Below are positions 37,995 through 47,349 of a DNA stretch of 64,000 nucleotides, piece after piece. Position 1 is the first letter of the stretch, and each line of letters opens with the position of its first letter. The DNA comes from a virus, in IMG/VR virus record IMGVR_UViG_3300027963_000041, positions 32,001 through 96,000 of that record. One strand, 5' to 3'. Under the pieces are notes generated by a model. It was not told the origin of the DNA and ran no database searches. It saw only the letters and a program-made list of their open reading frames with translations. Both the position numbers and the translations under genes were made by a program.

Positions 37995-39344
37995 ATGCCA
38001 TTTTTTAATTCGGCAGGCGCGTCCGCTGTAGCAACAGGTCGTGGGGGATTTCACCCAAATGTTTCTGGAACAGAGGCTCCAGGTTCTTCAGCCGCAGGTT
38101 CTTTAGGTACTTCAACGCTAAGTGGTAACGGACAGACCATTGCCGCCACTTCAGCATCGACTGTTACTGGTCAGAGAGATATTATTGATCCATGGTTTAC
38201 AGGAAGCGAATCTTACTCAATTACTTCAGGTTCTTTACCTCCAGGTTTTACACTTAATTCATCAACGGGTCAAGTCACAGGTGCATATACTGTAGCAGGT
38301 TGGAATGAAAGCGGATCATATAACTTTACTGTTCGTGCAAATACTGGTGATGGGCTTCATCAAAGCGACAGAGCATACTCAATCGCAATAACTGTACCAT
38401 TTTTCTATAAGCAAATCATTACAACTGGTTATGTAGTCGGCGGTTATTTAAACTCAGTACCGTGGCGAAACGTACATGCAATGAACAATGCGACGGACAC
38501 CACCTCAAACAAAGGCGATTTGATTGGTAATGCCGCACAATATACTGATGGATTTCCATCTAAAAATTCTTCATATTCAATGGGTACAAGTGATAGTGCG
38601 TCTACTGGTTCATCAAGAACTGATAAATGGAATATGAGAACAGAAACGTCTATTGCACATGATGCTGGTAGAAACATGCCAGGTTCTAAAGATGACTTAA
38701 CTATAATGAGTACACTGGCACCAGAAGCAGTAGGATATATTTTTGGTGGTGGTTCAACATCTATTTTTAAATTTCTTTCGAGTACTGACGTTGCCTCAAC
38801 AATTCCTGCAACCGGTCCAGCAGGCGGTACAGGAAGCGGATGTGGATCAATTCAAGATGAATTGGTCGGGCATGTTTGGGGAGATGGTAATACTGGACAA
38901 ACATTTACATATTCAACTGAGACTTTAGCCGCAGTCGGCGCAAACTCGGGCGGATTCAATGGACAGCAAAAAGGCTTATCTACAAAGTTAGGTAAAGGCT
39001 ATGGTGGTAATGAAGGCAGTTACGGAGGCGGTTATAACTTCCGCGTTTGGAATTTTAGTTCATCTACATATACTACAGTAGCAAAGCCAGCGATTCCTAG
39101 ATATCCAGCAGGTTATGGTGAAGAAAATATGATCATGGGTCAACATTGGGGATATATTATGGGACTTTATGTAAATTTAGAACCAGTAACATCACAAACT
39201 TCTGATTGTATTAAACACGTTTATCCAACAGATACCGGATATTATATGGGTTTTGCTGCCGATAGCGCGCCTGGTGGATTTAATGTGCCGGGTGCAGGAA
39301 TTATGGGTGGTCGTAGTTCTGGAGTAAAATCTTGGAGAGATTAA
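37995..39344 (+). CDS. Putative-Ig domain plus repeat (propeller-like) virion-associated protein, paralogue B
   Basis: Colinear close paralogue of 36657-37994 (same N-terminus MPFFNSAGA, same C-terminus GRSSGxKSWRD). Confidence 0.7.
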   Translation: MPFFNSAGASAVATGRGGFHPNVSGTEAPGSSAAGSLGTSTLSGNGQTIAATSASTVTGQRDIIDPWFTGSESYSITSGSLPPGFTLNSSTGQVTGAYTVAGWNESGSYNFTVRANTGDGLHQSDRAYSIAITVPFFYKQIITTGYVVGGYLNSVPWRNVHAMNNATDTTSNKGDLIGNAAQYTDGFPSKNSSYSMGTSDSASTGSSRTDKWNMRTETSIAHDAGRNMPGSKDDLTIMSTLAPEAVGYIFGGGSTSIFKFLSSTDVASTIPATGPAGGTGSGCGSIQDELVGHVWGDGNTGQTFTYSTETLAAVGANSGGFNGQQKGLSTKLGKGYGGNEGSYGGGYNFRVWNFSSSTYTTVAKPAIPRYPAGYGEENMIMGQHWGYIMGLYVNLEPVTSQTSDCIKHVYPTDTGYYMGFAADSAPGGFNVPGAGIMGGRSSGVKSWRD

Positions 39345-39354
39345 TTTTTTTGAC

Positions 39355-40251
39355 TTGGAGAAAGTAAACATGACTGAATTGGTAACTAAAGAACATTTTG
39401 AAACATTAACAAAGAGATATTCAAAAAATTCTATTTCAACGCACACTCAACACGAATCAAATTTGGTTCCTTTGAGCAATAGTGAGAAGCATTTTTTGAG
39501 AGAAGATCAAAAAGAACTTCTAGAGTATGCAGTAAACCGAGAATGGCAAACATCAAAATTTAAGATGCGTCACTTTGTTGGTGATGCACAAGTAACGCCA
39601 TATGCAAAATTAAAACAATATATTGTTGAAGCAAGAGAAAGAGAAGAAGCAATTGCTTCTATGGAATTTGAGAAAAGAAAACAAGAAGTTGAAGTAAAAA
39701 TTCTCAAGAAAAAAATTGAACAAGAACAAGATGAACTTCAAAAAGAACTTCATCAAATTGAACTTGAGAAAAAAGAAAGAGGACAATCTTTAGGTATCAA
39801 ACGAATTGAAGACCTATACAAAGAGCGTCAACAATTCTTAGAATTAATTGATGAATTCAATAACTCTTCAGAAGGAAGATTGCCAGATGGAACTTTGTTA
39901 TTAGAATGTTTAAGCGATCCAATTAAAGAAGAAATTCTTGAAAGAGAATTGTGGACTGCAAGACTAGCAAAGCAAGCGGCTATGGAAATCGCAACTGCTG
40001 GAAGAATTGGTTCAGGCAATTTAGATGCTATCGCAATGCTTGATAAAAATCATCAAGCAGAAGTTTTATTTCTTGCAACAGACTATGGTACTAGACTTGA
40101 AAGCGCAATGGGCTTTTTAAGAAACGAAGCGGTTGGTCAACTCAATCTAACATACAAAGACAAAGATGTTAAACTTACAGAGATTTTGTCTTTTACCGCA
40201 CACGAAAAAAATTACAACAATCTATTAGCGCACGAAAAGGTTAAAGAATGA
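39355..40251 (+). CDS. Conserved coiled-coil hypothetical protein
   Basis: SKFKMRHFVG..Q.TPY..LKQ..E...RE and W..RLAKQAA.E....GRIG.GNLDAI; start may be ATG 39370. Confidence 0.75.
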   Translation: MEKVNMTELVTKEHFETLTKRYSKNSISTHTQHESNLVPLSNSEKHFLREDQKELLEYAVNREWQTSKFKMRHFVGDAQVTPYAKLKQYIVEAREREEAIASMEFEKRKQEVEVKILKKKIEQEQDELQKELHQIELEKKERGQSLGIKRIEDLYKERQQFLELIDEFNNSSEGRLPDGTLLLECLSDPIKEEILERELWTARLAKQAAMEIATAGRIGSGNLDAIAMLDKNHQAEVLFLATDYGTRLESAMGFLRNEAVGQLNLTYKDKDVKLTEILSFTAHEKNYNNLLAHEKVKE

Positions 40252-40820
40252 AAATCGTTTTTGTTCCAAAAGAAAGAACCTTCAATTATGAAGACCCTAA
40301 CATTAGATATACAGGATCAAGAATTCCACTATCGTTTATGATGGGGTTTGTCGCAGATGTGGATACTTCTTTTGACTTTTCTGCGGTTGACTATAAAGAA
40401 CTTACTGAAGAAGAATCATCAAGAACGATTAAGTTTTTTATGAATCCTAATGGGTATGTCAAAGTTACGCAAGGTACCGAAAATTCTACACTAGAAATTA
40501 CTGCATCAAAAGAAGATATTGCTGGAATGCTTACCAGAGTTAAATATTATCTCACCGATGAAGATAAAACAAAAGCATTTACCTTTACTAAAGAAAATAT
40601 TCTTTGGATGTTTGACTTGAGAGTTGATAGAGTTAAAAAAATACTTGATGACTTTAATAAAAGCGAATATGAAAGTAGTGCTAATCTTGTTAGAACTAAA
40701 ATTGTTAATTCTACAGAAATGAAAGATATTTTTGTAATTGCACATAAATATTTTGGTATGGAGGCGCCTCCTGCAATTGTAGAAGAATTTAATTTAACAA
40801 AAACAACATTGGTAATATAA
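40248..40820 (+). CDS. Hypothetical protein, paralogue 1
   Basis: Overlaps the upstream stop; shares FVPK, GYVKV.GTEN.TL, Y..TDE, AH..FG with the next gene. Confidence 0.75.
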   Translation: MKIVFVPKERTFNYEDPNIRYTGSRIPLSFMMGFVADVDTSFDFSAVDYKELTEEESSRTIKFFMNPNGYVKVTQGTENSTLEITASKEDIAGMLTRVKYYLTDEDKTKAFTFTKENILWMFDLRVDRVKKILDDFNKSEYESSANLVRTKIVNSTEMKDIFVIAHKYFGMEAPPAIVEEFNLTKTTLVI

Positions 40821-40821
40821 A

Positions 40822-41409
40822 ATGATTATTTTATTTGTGCCTAAAACTCTTCCATTTGATTGGGAAAACTCAGCGTTCACTTATCTGCCATTTAAATTTT
40901 CTATGCCATTTATGGCCGCTGACGGCGTAAGAGTATTGGACCCAACATCTACACAAGGCACAGAATTTTTACAGAGCGTGTATTATATGATTCTTAATGA
41001 AACTGAATACACAAGAAGTTATAAATTTTATTTAAATGTTCGTGGTTACATCAAAGTAATCAAAGGTACTGAAAACACAACCTTACAATCACCGCCTGGA
41101 AGTAGAGACTATGATAATGTTGAAAAATTCAACTACTATCCTACCGATGAAGAAAATGAATTAGGATTTCAGTACACAAAAAAAGTTTGGCGTTGGGCAA
41201 TCAATGTTAGAAAAACTGAAAGATTGAAAAATTTAAGTGAACAATTCGCTGAAGAATACACTTCAATTGTAAATTCAGTATTATCTGAAATTGAATCTGC
41301 AACAACTGTAGCAGAATTAGGAAAGATTGCTCACACTAAATTCGGTGCTCAAACTACCGATTCGATAATTGAACAATACAATTTATCAACACCAACATTA
41401 TTAATTTGA
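40822..41409 (+). CDS. Hypothetical protein, paralogue 2
   Basis: Colinear similarity to 40248-40820. Confidence 0.75.
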   Translation: MIILFVPKTLPFDWENSAFTYLPFKFSMPFMAADGVRVLDPTSTQGTEFLQSVYYMILNETEYTRSYKFYLNVRGYIKVIKGTENTTLQSPPGSRDYDNVEKFNYYPTDEENELGFQYTKKVWRWAINVRKTERLKNLSEQFAEEYTSIVNSVLSEIESATTVAELGKIAHTKFGAQTTDSIIEQYNLSTPTLLI

Positions 41410-41425
41410 TTTTTAGGGAGTCATC

Positions 41426-42004
41426 ATGATTGAGACAATGTTTACTGTGAATTTTTTTCGCAAAAATTTAAACACTAAAGTTGATCCGCTTTTAATTTCA
41501 GAACTATCTACTGAAGTTACCGGAGAAACATATAATATTGACGATGGTGGATCATCATCTCACCCAAGTAATGTGCTATATCAAACCGATGCGAGACTTG
41601 AATCTTTAGTAGATGAAATTAAAATTTCAACACAAGAAGCATGGAATGAATTAGAGTTTAGAAATGATTTAACACCAGTGATTACTGAAATGTGGATGAA
41701 TGTTGTTTACCCTAAAGGTAAAATGACAGACCAAGCACATCATTCTAAGTATTCAATGTATGGAGTTTATTATCTTCAAGCAGATGAAAATTGTGGTGAT
41801 TTAATTTTACATCACCCATTAGATGGCATGACAAGAAACTTGCCGTATCAACCAAAGCCAAACCTAGACAGATATAAGATTAAGCCAAAAACAGGCGAAC
41901 TAATTATTTTTCCATCATCATTTGTCTTTAACACAAAAGAAAACAAGAGTGAGTCTAATCGAATCACTCTTGAATTTGGAATCAATTACAAACTTAAAGT
42001 TTAA
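41426..42004 (+). CDS. TIGR02466-like 2OG-Fe(II) oxygenase-fold protein, metal ligands degenerate
   Basis: MWMN, GVYYL, PKTGELIIFPS, N.SE..RI...F; distal His absent. Confidence 0.65.
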   Translation: MIETMFTVNFFRKNLNTKVDPLLISELSTEVTGETYNIDDGGSSSHPSNVLYQTDARLESLVDEIKISTQEAWNELEFRNDLTPVITEMWMNVVYPKGKMTDQAHHSKYSMYGVYYLQADENCGDLILHHPLDGMTRNLPYQPKPNLDRYKIKPKTGELIIFPSSFVFNTKENKSESNRITLEFGINYKLKV

Positions 42005-42618
42005 TCTTCAAATTTTTTATTTGTCATTTGCTGTGTTTTTGGAAACCACAAAGAACGTCTTTCATCCCATTTGTGTTTAGGACTAAATTCTCCTTGAGCA
42101 TCAATGTAGTGTAAGAACATTTGATAATGGCGTTTGCCTGTATAAGGCTTGCGCCAGTGTGGCAAAATACATCCACTATACACAGCCAAGTCTCCAGGTT
42201 CTAATTCAACCTCAACTTCTTCTCCATTTTCTTTCTGAAAATAAATTGGCCAGTCAACTTCTTTCTTAACACATAGCGTAGCAGAGAATTGACAACTCGG
42301 TCTATCAATATGCTTTTCTAGCGTTCCTCCATTATAGTATATTCTCATATAACTATAAGTCTCAACAAGTTTTTTATTTACAGTTTGTTCTAACATATCT
42401 CTGAGATATACTAGAAGACTATCGCCATAGAGCGGTGAGTAAAATGCAAAACTGTTTGGCGATTGTGGATCACCATACGGATATCTTTGCGAAGAGTTAG
42501 GTGGATTGTGAGTATATCCAGCGTATTCGTGAATGTCAAAATTTAATTGAATGAAGCGAATAACTTCAGGATGAACTGCGTTTCGAATAATTTCGTATTT
42601 GTCTTCTTTGAATGCCAT
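42001..42618 (-). CDS. 2OG-Fe(II) oxygenase
   Basis: TYSY.RIY..G..L.KH.DRPSCQFSATL, L.PGD..VY.GC...HWR, Q.FLHY; start ATG 42618. Confidence 0.85.
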   Translation of the reverse strand: MAFKEDKYEIIRNAVHPEVIRFIQLNFDIHEYAGYTHNPPNSSQRYPYGDPQSPNSFAFYSPLYGDSLLVYLRDMLEQTVNKKLVETYSYMRIYYNGGTLEKHIDRPSCQFSATLCVKKEVDWPIYFQKENGEEVEVELEPGDLAVYSGCILPHWRKPYTGKRHYQMFLHYIDAQGEFSPKHKWDERRSLWFPKTQQMTNKKFED

Positions 42619-42625
42619 TTTTACC

Positions 42626-43252
42626 TCATCTAAATTTTGGACCAGTAACCCAACCAACTAAAGACTTTCTTTTTCCTTCAGTAACTTCTGCAACTCTATG
42701 CAACAAAAATGATGGAAAAAACATAATTGATCCTCTTTTCATAATTGGTACTGCTGGTCCTGTATGACTAACTAGAATTTCCATTCGACCACCTTGGTAA
42801 TCAACTTCTGGTTCAGATAGTAGAAAAGTAAAAGACAATTTTCTAAATTCAATCATAGTGGGTGGAGGATTTGCACCTAAAAACGAATCAAGGTGATAAT
42901 CATATTTACCTTCGTACTTTGCATTGTATTCAGTATATTGAAGACTATCATAACCATTTAACACAAAATTAAAATGATTGTTGTTTACGTCTTCAATTAC
43001 TTTATTCAATCTTTTAAAAATCCAAACTGTTTCTTCGTCAGGAGAAACCCAAGCGATATTAGATTTTCTAGAATTTTTTAAAATATCTTCATCTTGTTCA
43101 ATTGCCACTTGTCCCATGAACAATTCTTTTTTTGACATAATCTCACATATCTTATCCAATTCGTCTGGAGTAAATACATCATTTGCAGTTATGAATGTTT
43201 CTAACGCCCTTGCCCTATAATTCGTAAAGTTTGTTATTCCTGTGTATTCCAT
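42626..43252 (-). CDS. 2OG-Fe(II) oxygenase, PKHD/prolyl-hydroxylase-like
   Basis: QYTEY, YDYHLD, RKLS, YQGG, FPSFLLHRV..VTEG.RKSLVGW..GP. Confidence 0.9.
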   Translation of the reverse strand: MEYTGITNFTNYRARALETFITANDVFTPDELDKICEIMSKKELFMGQVAIEQDEDILKNSRKSNIAWVSPDEETVWIFKRLNKVIEDVNNNHFNFVLNGYDSLQYTEYNAKYEGKYDYHLDSFLGANPPPTMIEFRKLSFTFLLSEPEVDYQGGRMEILVSHTGPAVPIMKRGSIMFFPSFLLHRVAEVTEGKRKSLVGWVTGPKFR

Positions 43253-43261
43253 AATAATTCC

Positions 43262-44014
43262 TTAAAAATATTTTCTTAGAGTCTTCATAAAAAGATTTTT
43301 GTAAGTAGCAGTTCTATCAAACGAATAAGAATTGATATAGTTTTTCTTTTCTAGCCACTCTTTATCTTTTTGATTTGCATCTCTCACAACCAATTCTAAT
43401 TTTCTTTCTGTAATTGGTATGATATGGACCAAAGGATATCCTGCTGGAAACAATATATTCCCATGAGGTACATTCCACCAACCTTGAATGTTTACCTCAG
43501 TCGATTCATCGGTATCTAGCAATCCGATTGACGCATCAAATAGCGCATTGTCTGGATAAGAAATTGGATTAAAAAGAAGTTTAATTCCTTGTGGGGCAAC
43601 GACATTCCAAGGAGTGTTAATCTTCATAAAGTTTTTAGATTGATTCCATGTTCTAGGCAACTGTTCTAAAATATGATCTGGTTGACTTTCAAATAATGCT
43701 TTGCTAGTAAACACATCTTTAATCAATGCTTCAGTTGGAATAGTCCACTCAAACCCTCTGCCTTTTGTAGAGTCAACTTCAATAACTGCATCATGCCAAA
43801 GCGGAACAATATATCCGCTTGACATTAACTTTACAATTCCTGGACACTTAGCAATATGTGATTTACGAACTATTGATGGGTCATTTTCTCTTGTATCTTT
43901 ATAATTTTTAAATGCATTTGTCATCCAAATTGGCATCATTTTCGATGCAGGAACAATCGGAAATGATTCAGCAAGACCAGGAACACTTGAAAAGAAAACT
44001 ATTTCGTCTTTCAT
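43262..44014 (-). CDS. Conserved phage hypothetical protein often found in oxygenase clusters
   Basis: KCPGI..LM.SGY..PLW.D, KI.TPW, G..DTD, G.PL...IP pattern; ATGA overlap with the upstream gene. Confidence 0.65.
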   Translation of the reverse strand: MKDEIVFFSSVPGLAESFPIVPASKMMPIWMTNAFKNYKDTRENDPSIVRKSHIAKCPGIVKLMSSGYIVPLWHDAVIEVDSTKGRGFEWTIPTEALIKDVFTSKALFESQPDHILEQLPRTWNQSKNFMKINTPWNVVAPQGIKLLFNPISYPDNALFDASIGLLDTDESTEVNIQGWWNVPHGNILFPAGYPLVHIIPITERKLELVVRDANQKDKEWLEKKNYINSYSFDRTATYKNLFMKTLRKYF

Positions 44015-45675
44015 TTTCTCACCACAACAATATATAATCCATTCCACCAATCTTTAGAACTTTCAATTCCATTGAGAATCTTCTTATGATACAGAATTTC
44101 TAGTCCAGCCTTTTTAATGCCTTCGTCAGCACCAGAAACAATACCATCCCAATTAGCGTCATCGAAAATAAGAATGGCTTCTTTATCAAGTTTATCTGCA
44201 TAATATAATACTGCATTTCTTGTTGACTCATGATCGTGCGGACCGTCATAGAACATAAACTTTACAGGCTCATCAATCAAATCTTTATTGACTTGAAGAA
44301 AATCAGCATCGATAGCGTGAACATGATTCTCTTGTACATATGGTTCAATTGCACTAGCAAACTTTTCGTATTTGTTTTCAGGCATCTCAAAGTTACCATT
44401 TTCAGGATGCGTAGTCTGCGACCAGTTATCGATTGCCCATGCTTTAATTGTGTTACCTCTCAATGCAGATGCAAGTGTCGCACCCATTGCGGTACCAATC
44501 TCAAGATAATTGCCTGCAAATTTTGCAGTATGATTAATAATCTTTTGCACTCTAGGACTTGTTAAGCCTTTGATATTGATAATGATATTATCTGTAGCAG
44601 ACTTTTCGACAATATCTGCCATCGCAGAAACCATTGGTGTAAGAAATTGCGTTGCTTTCTTGTCATAGATTTTATCGCAGTAGTGACAATCCCAGCAATC
44701 AAATTTGCAAGTTTTAATTTTATTGCGCCAAATATCAATAGGCTTTTCTTCTAAATTATTGTCGGCAATATAGTCATCGAATTGATCAAAAAGAACTTCA
44801 TCACCATTCGCAAAGCGTTTGATGATATCCATTGTTTCAAGCAATCTAGATGAGGCTTCGCGCCCATGCATCTTGATTACATCAATGCCTAATTCTTCAA
44901 CAAACTCAACCCAATCTTCACGCCATGGCGGAAAGTTAGCCGTCTTCAATGATAATGCGTTGTCTTGATATTCCCACTTGGTGCAACTTACTCGGCTTGA
45001 TGGTGCGTTAAAATACTGTGGCGCATCATTGCCTCTTGTATTATTGTATTCAAAATGTTCTACCATGAATGAGCATTGACCTAAACAGCCTTCATTTGCA
45101 AGAAGGCTAAGTTTAATTGGCATACCATTTTTGTGGCAGTAATCTTTTGCTTCTTTAATTCTCAACAATGCATCTCTGTCTCGCATAAGATCACGATCCA
45201 AATTGATATAATGAAATCCTATCTGTGCAAGGTTCACTACTTCAGTTGCAGTATGAACATCTCTAAGGATCGTATTTTTGATCATTAACTTAGGAAATGC
45301 TTCTTGAATTTGACCTGTAGCAACCCAATGGGTGTGAGGTATTGTGGCAATATGAATGCCAGCATCATAATATGGCTTGAAGTTTTCAATCCATAAATCT
45401 AGATTTTCTTGCGTTGGAGGAACCTGAATGTTATTGAATGTTGCGCTGATTGGTATGCCAAGCGCGTCTTGAATATTTCTAGCGGCTAAAATGGCTTGTT
45501 CATAATCACCAGCATTTTTAAACACATCTCCCATTGCATCTTGGTGAAAAGGCGCAATTCGGGAGGTAAAATATACATCATAAATCCAGTCTTTATATTT
45601 TTGCAGAAACTCTAAAAAGTGAAAATATTCCTTCTCAGACAGTTTTGGATTCAATGGCACACTAAAAATTTTCAT
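44011..45675 (-). CDS. U32-peptidase-family (Fe-S) domain fused to a class I SAM methyltransferase
   Basis: I.LDRDLMRD, LLANEGCLGQC...EH...SC, KMHGRE, CKFDCWDCHYC; C-terminal YLEIGTAMGAT, FYDGPH, IFDD; start ATG 45675 after GAAGG. Confidence 0.75.
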   Translation of the reverse strand: MKIFSVPLNPKLSEKEYFHFLEFLQKYKDWIYDVYFTSRIAPFHQDAMGDVFKNAGDYEQAILAARNIQDALGIPISATFNNIQVPPTQENLDLWIENFKPYYDAGIHIATIPHTHWVATGQIQEAFPKLMIKNTILRDVHTATEVVNLAQIGFHYINLDRDLMRDRDALLRIKEAKDYCHKNGMPIKLSLLANEGCLGQCSFMVEHFEYNNTRGNDAPQYFNAPSSRVSCTKWEYQDNALSLKTANFPPWREDWVEFVEELGIDVIKMHGREASSRLLETMDIIKRFANGDEVLFDQFDDYIADNNLEEKPIDIWRNKIKTCKFDCWDCHYCDKIYDKKATQFLTPMVSAMADIVEKSATDNIIINIKGLTSPRVQKIINHTAKFAGNYLEIGTAMGATLASALRGNTIKAWAIDNWSQTTHPENGNFEMPENKYEKFASAIEPYVQENHVHAIDADFLQVNKDLIDEPVKFMFYDGPHDHESTRNAVLYYADKLDKEAILIFDDANWDGIVSGADEGIKKAGLEILYHKKILNGIESSKDWWNGLYIVVVRK

Positions 45676-45746
45676 TACTTCACCTTCATTTTCAAAGTTG
45701 TTTATATTATATAGGCCCGGCGGGTTGCTATGTAGATTCAAAAAAG

Positions 45747-45754
45747 CATAAATA
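45747..45754 (+). promoter_or_regulatory. Late promoter variant (CATAAATA) upstream of gp13
   Basis: One mismatch to TATAAATA, about 30 nt before ATG 45786. Confidence 0.6.
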
Positions 45755-45785
45755 GATGGTAGATATTAACCTTATAGGGGCACAA

Positions 45786-46535
45786 ATGAGTACGCACAAA
45801 CCAGCAACCAGAGAAGAATTTAAAGACTACTGCCTCCGTCAACTTGGCGCACCGGTTCTGGAAATCAACATCGATGATTTACAGGTCGAAGATTGCGTGG
45901 AAGCCGCTCTTCAAGTTTACCATGACTATCACTACGATGGTACCGAAAAAGTTTACCTAGCACACAAAGTAACCGAAACTGACATTGCAAACAAGTATTT
46001 AGATATACCTGAGAACGTCATTTCAGTTATCAATATCCTTGACATTGGTAATTCATACTCTACCAACAATCTTTTCAACATTCGCTATCAGATGGCGCTG
46101 AACGATTTATTTGCTTTTAACTACGGTCCGTTCGCACCATACTACATGGCTTTGCAAAACGTAGCACTTGCCGAAGAGATGTTCGTAGGCAAGCAAGGCT
46201 TACGTTTCAATCGTCATGTCAACAAACTTTACATTGATATGGCATGGGGTGAAAAGATTCTTAAAGATGAGTATATCATAATTGAAGGCTACCGTCTACT
46301 AGATCCAGACACTTATACCGATGTATGGAATGATCGTTGGCTCAAAAAGTATGCTACCGCAATGATTAAAAAACAATGGGGTAATAATCTGAAGAAGTTT
46401 GAAGGTTTACAAATGCCAGGCGGCGTTACGTTCAATGGGCAGAAAATCTACGATGAAGCAGAGGATGAATTAAAAGCACTGGACGAGGATTTGATTCGTT
46501 CTTATTCTCTACCGGTAACAGATATGGTTGGATAA
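45786..46535 (+). CDS. gp13: Neck protein gp13
   Basis: YCLRQLGAPVLEIN.D..Q..D, WLKKYATA..K.QWG.NL.KF.G...PGGVT.NG. Confidence 0.95.
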   Translation: MSTHKPATREEFKDYCLRQLGAPVLEINIDDLQVEDCVEAALQVYHDYHYDGTEKVYLAHKVTETDIANKYLDIPENVISVINILDIGNSYSTNNLFNIRYQMALNDLFAFNYGPFAPYYMALQNVALAEEMFVGKQGLRFNRHVNKLYIDMAWGEKILKDEYIIIEGYRLLDPDTYTDVWNDRWLKKYATAMIKKQWGNNLKKFEGLQMPGGVTFNGQKIYDEAEDELKALDEDLIRSYSLPVTDMVG

Positions 46536-46536
46536 T

Positions 46537-47349
46537 ATGCGTAATCGCTACTTTAATCAGTATGGTACTGCAAGCGAACAGAACGTACTCGAAGATTTAA
46601 TCATTGAGTCGATGAAGATGTATGGCATTAATGCCTACTATCTACCGCGCACCCATGTAAATTTAGACATGCTCTTTAAAGAAGACGCATCAATGAAGTT
46701 TGACGATGCAATTGAAATTGAAATGTATCTCAAGACATACGATGGCTACATGGGGCAAAACGATTTTATTTCTAAGTTTGGTTTGCAAGTTGATGAATCA
46801 TTGACATTCACAGTTGCAAAGAAACGATTCTCTCAGATTCTTCAACCTAAGTTGATGACTGAGTACTCATACAATTTTAAACTTGAAGATAACGATTTAC
46901 TGCGCCAAGAAGTAAATTTCGATCAAGACTATACTGGATACATTCGCCCTAAAGAGGGTGATCTAATTTGGTTTCCATTTACAAGAGATTTGTTCGAAAT
47001 TAAGTTTGTCGAAACCATTGAAACACTCTTTCAATTAGGTAAACTTTATACCTATGAATTGCGCTGTGACAAATACGAATACTCTAGCGAAGTTCTTAAT
47101 ACAGATATTGTAGACATTGATCAACTTGAAACAGATTACAGTTTGTCTACAAGCAATGTTCCTAGAACACTTACTGAAGATGGTGATGCCTTACTTGCTG
47201 AAGAAGGTGGGTACTTGATGGAAGAGAGCAATATGGTAGAAGAAAAAGACGATACCGCACAGAATGATTATATCACAGGGCGTATCAATGACGATGACAT
47301 TTTGGATTTCTCAGAGAAGAATCCATTTGCTGAAACGAGGGTGTGGTAA
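46537..47349 (+). CDS. gp14: Neck protein gp14
   Basis: EQ...EDLI.ES...YG....YLPR, SKFGL, RP.EGDL, FQLGK.Y.Y.L.C, DFSE.NPF. Confidence 0.95.
   Translation: MRNRYFNQYGTASEQNVLEDLIIESMKMYGINAYYLPRTHVNLDMLFKEDASMKFDDAIEIEMYLKTYDGYMGQNDFISKFGLQVDESLTFTVAKKRFSQILQPKLMTEYSYNFKLEDNDLLRQEVNFDQDYTGYIRPKEGDLIWFPFTRDLFEIKFVETIETLFQLGKLYTYELRCDKYEYSSEVLNTDIVDIDQLETDYSLSTSNVPRTLTEDGDALLAEEGGYLMEESNMVEEKDDTAQNDYITGRINDDDILDFSEKNPFAETRVW

Noticed and set aside
36657-39344. Diversity-generating retroelement template/variable repeat pair
   Set aside because: Differences between the copies include many synonymous non-adenine changes and indels, both copies are full ORFs, and no reverse transcriptase is present in the window
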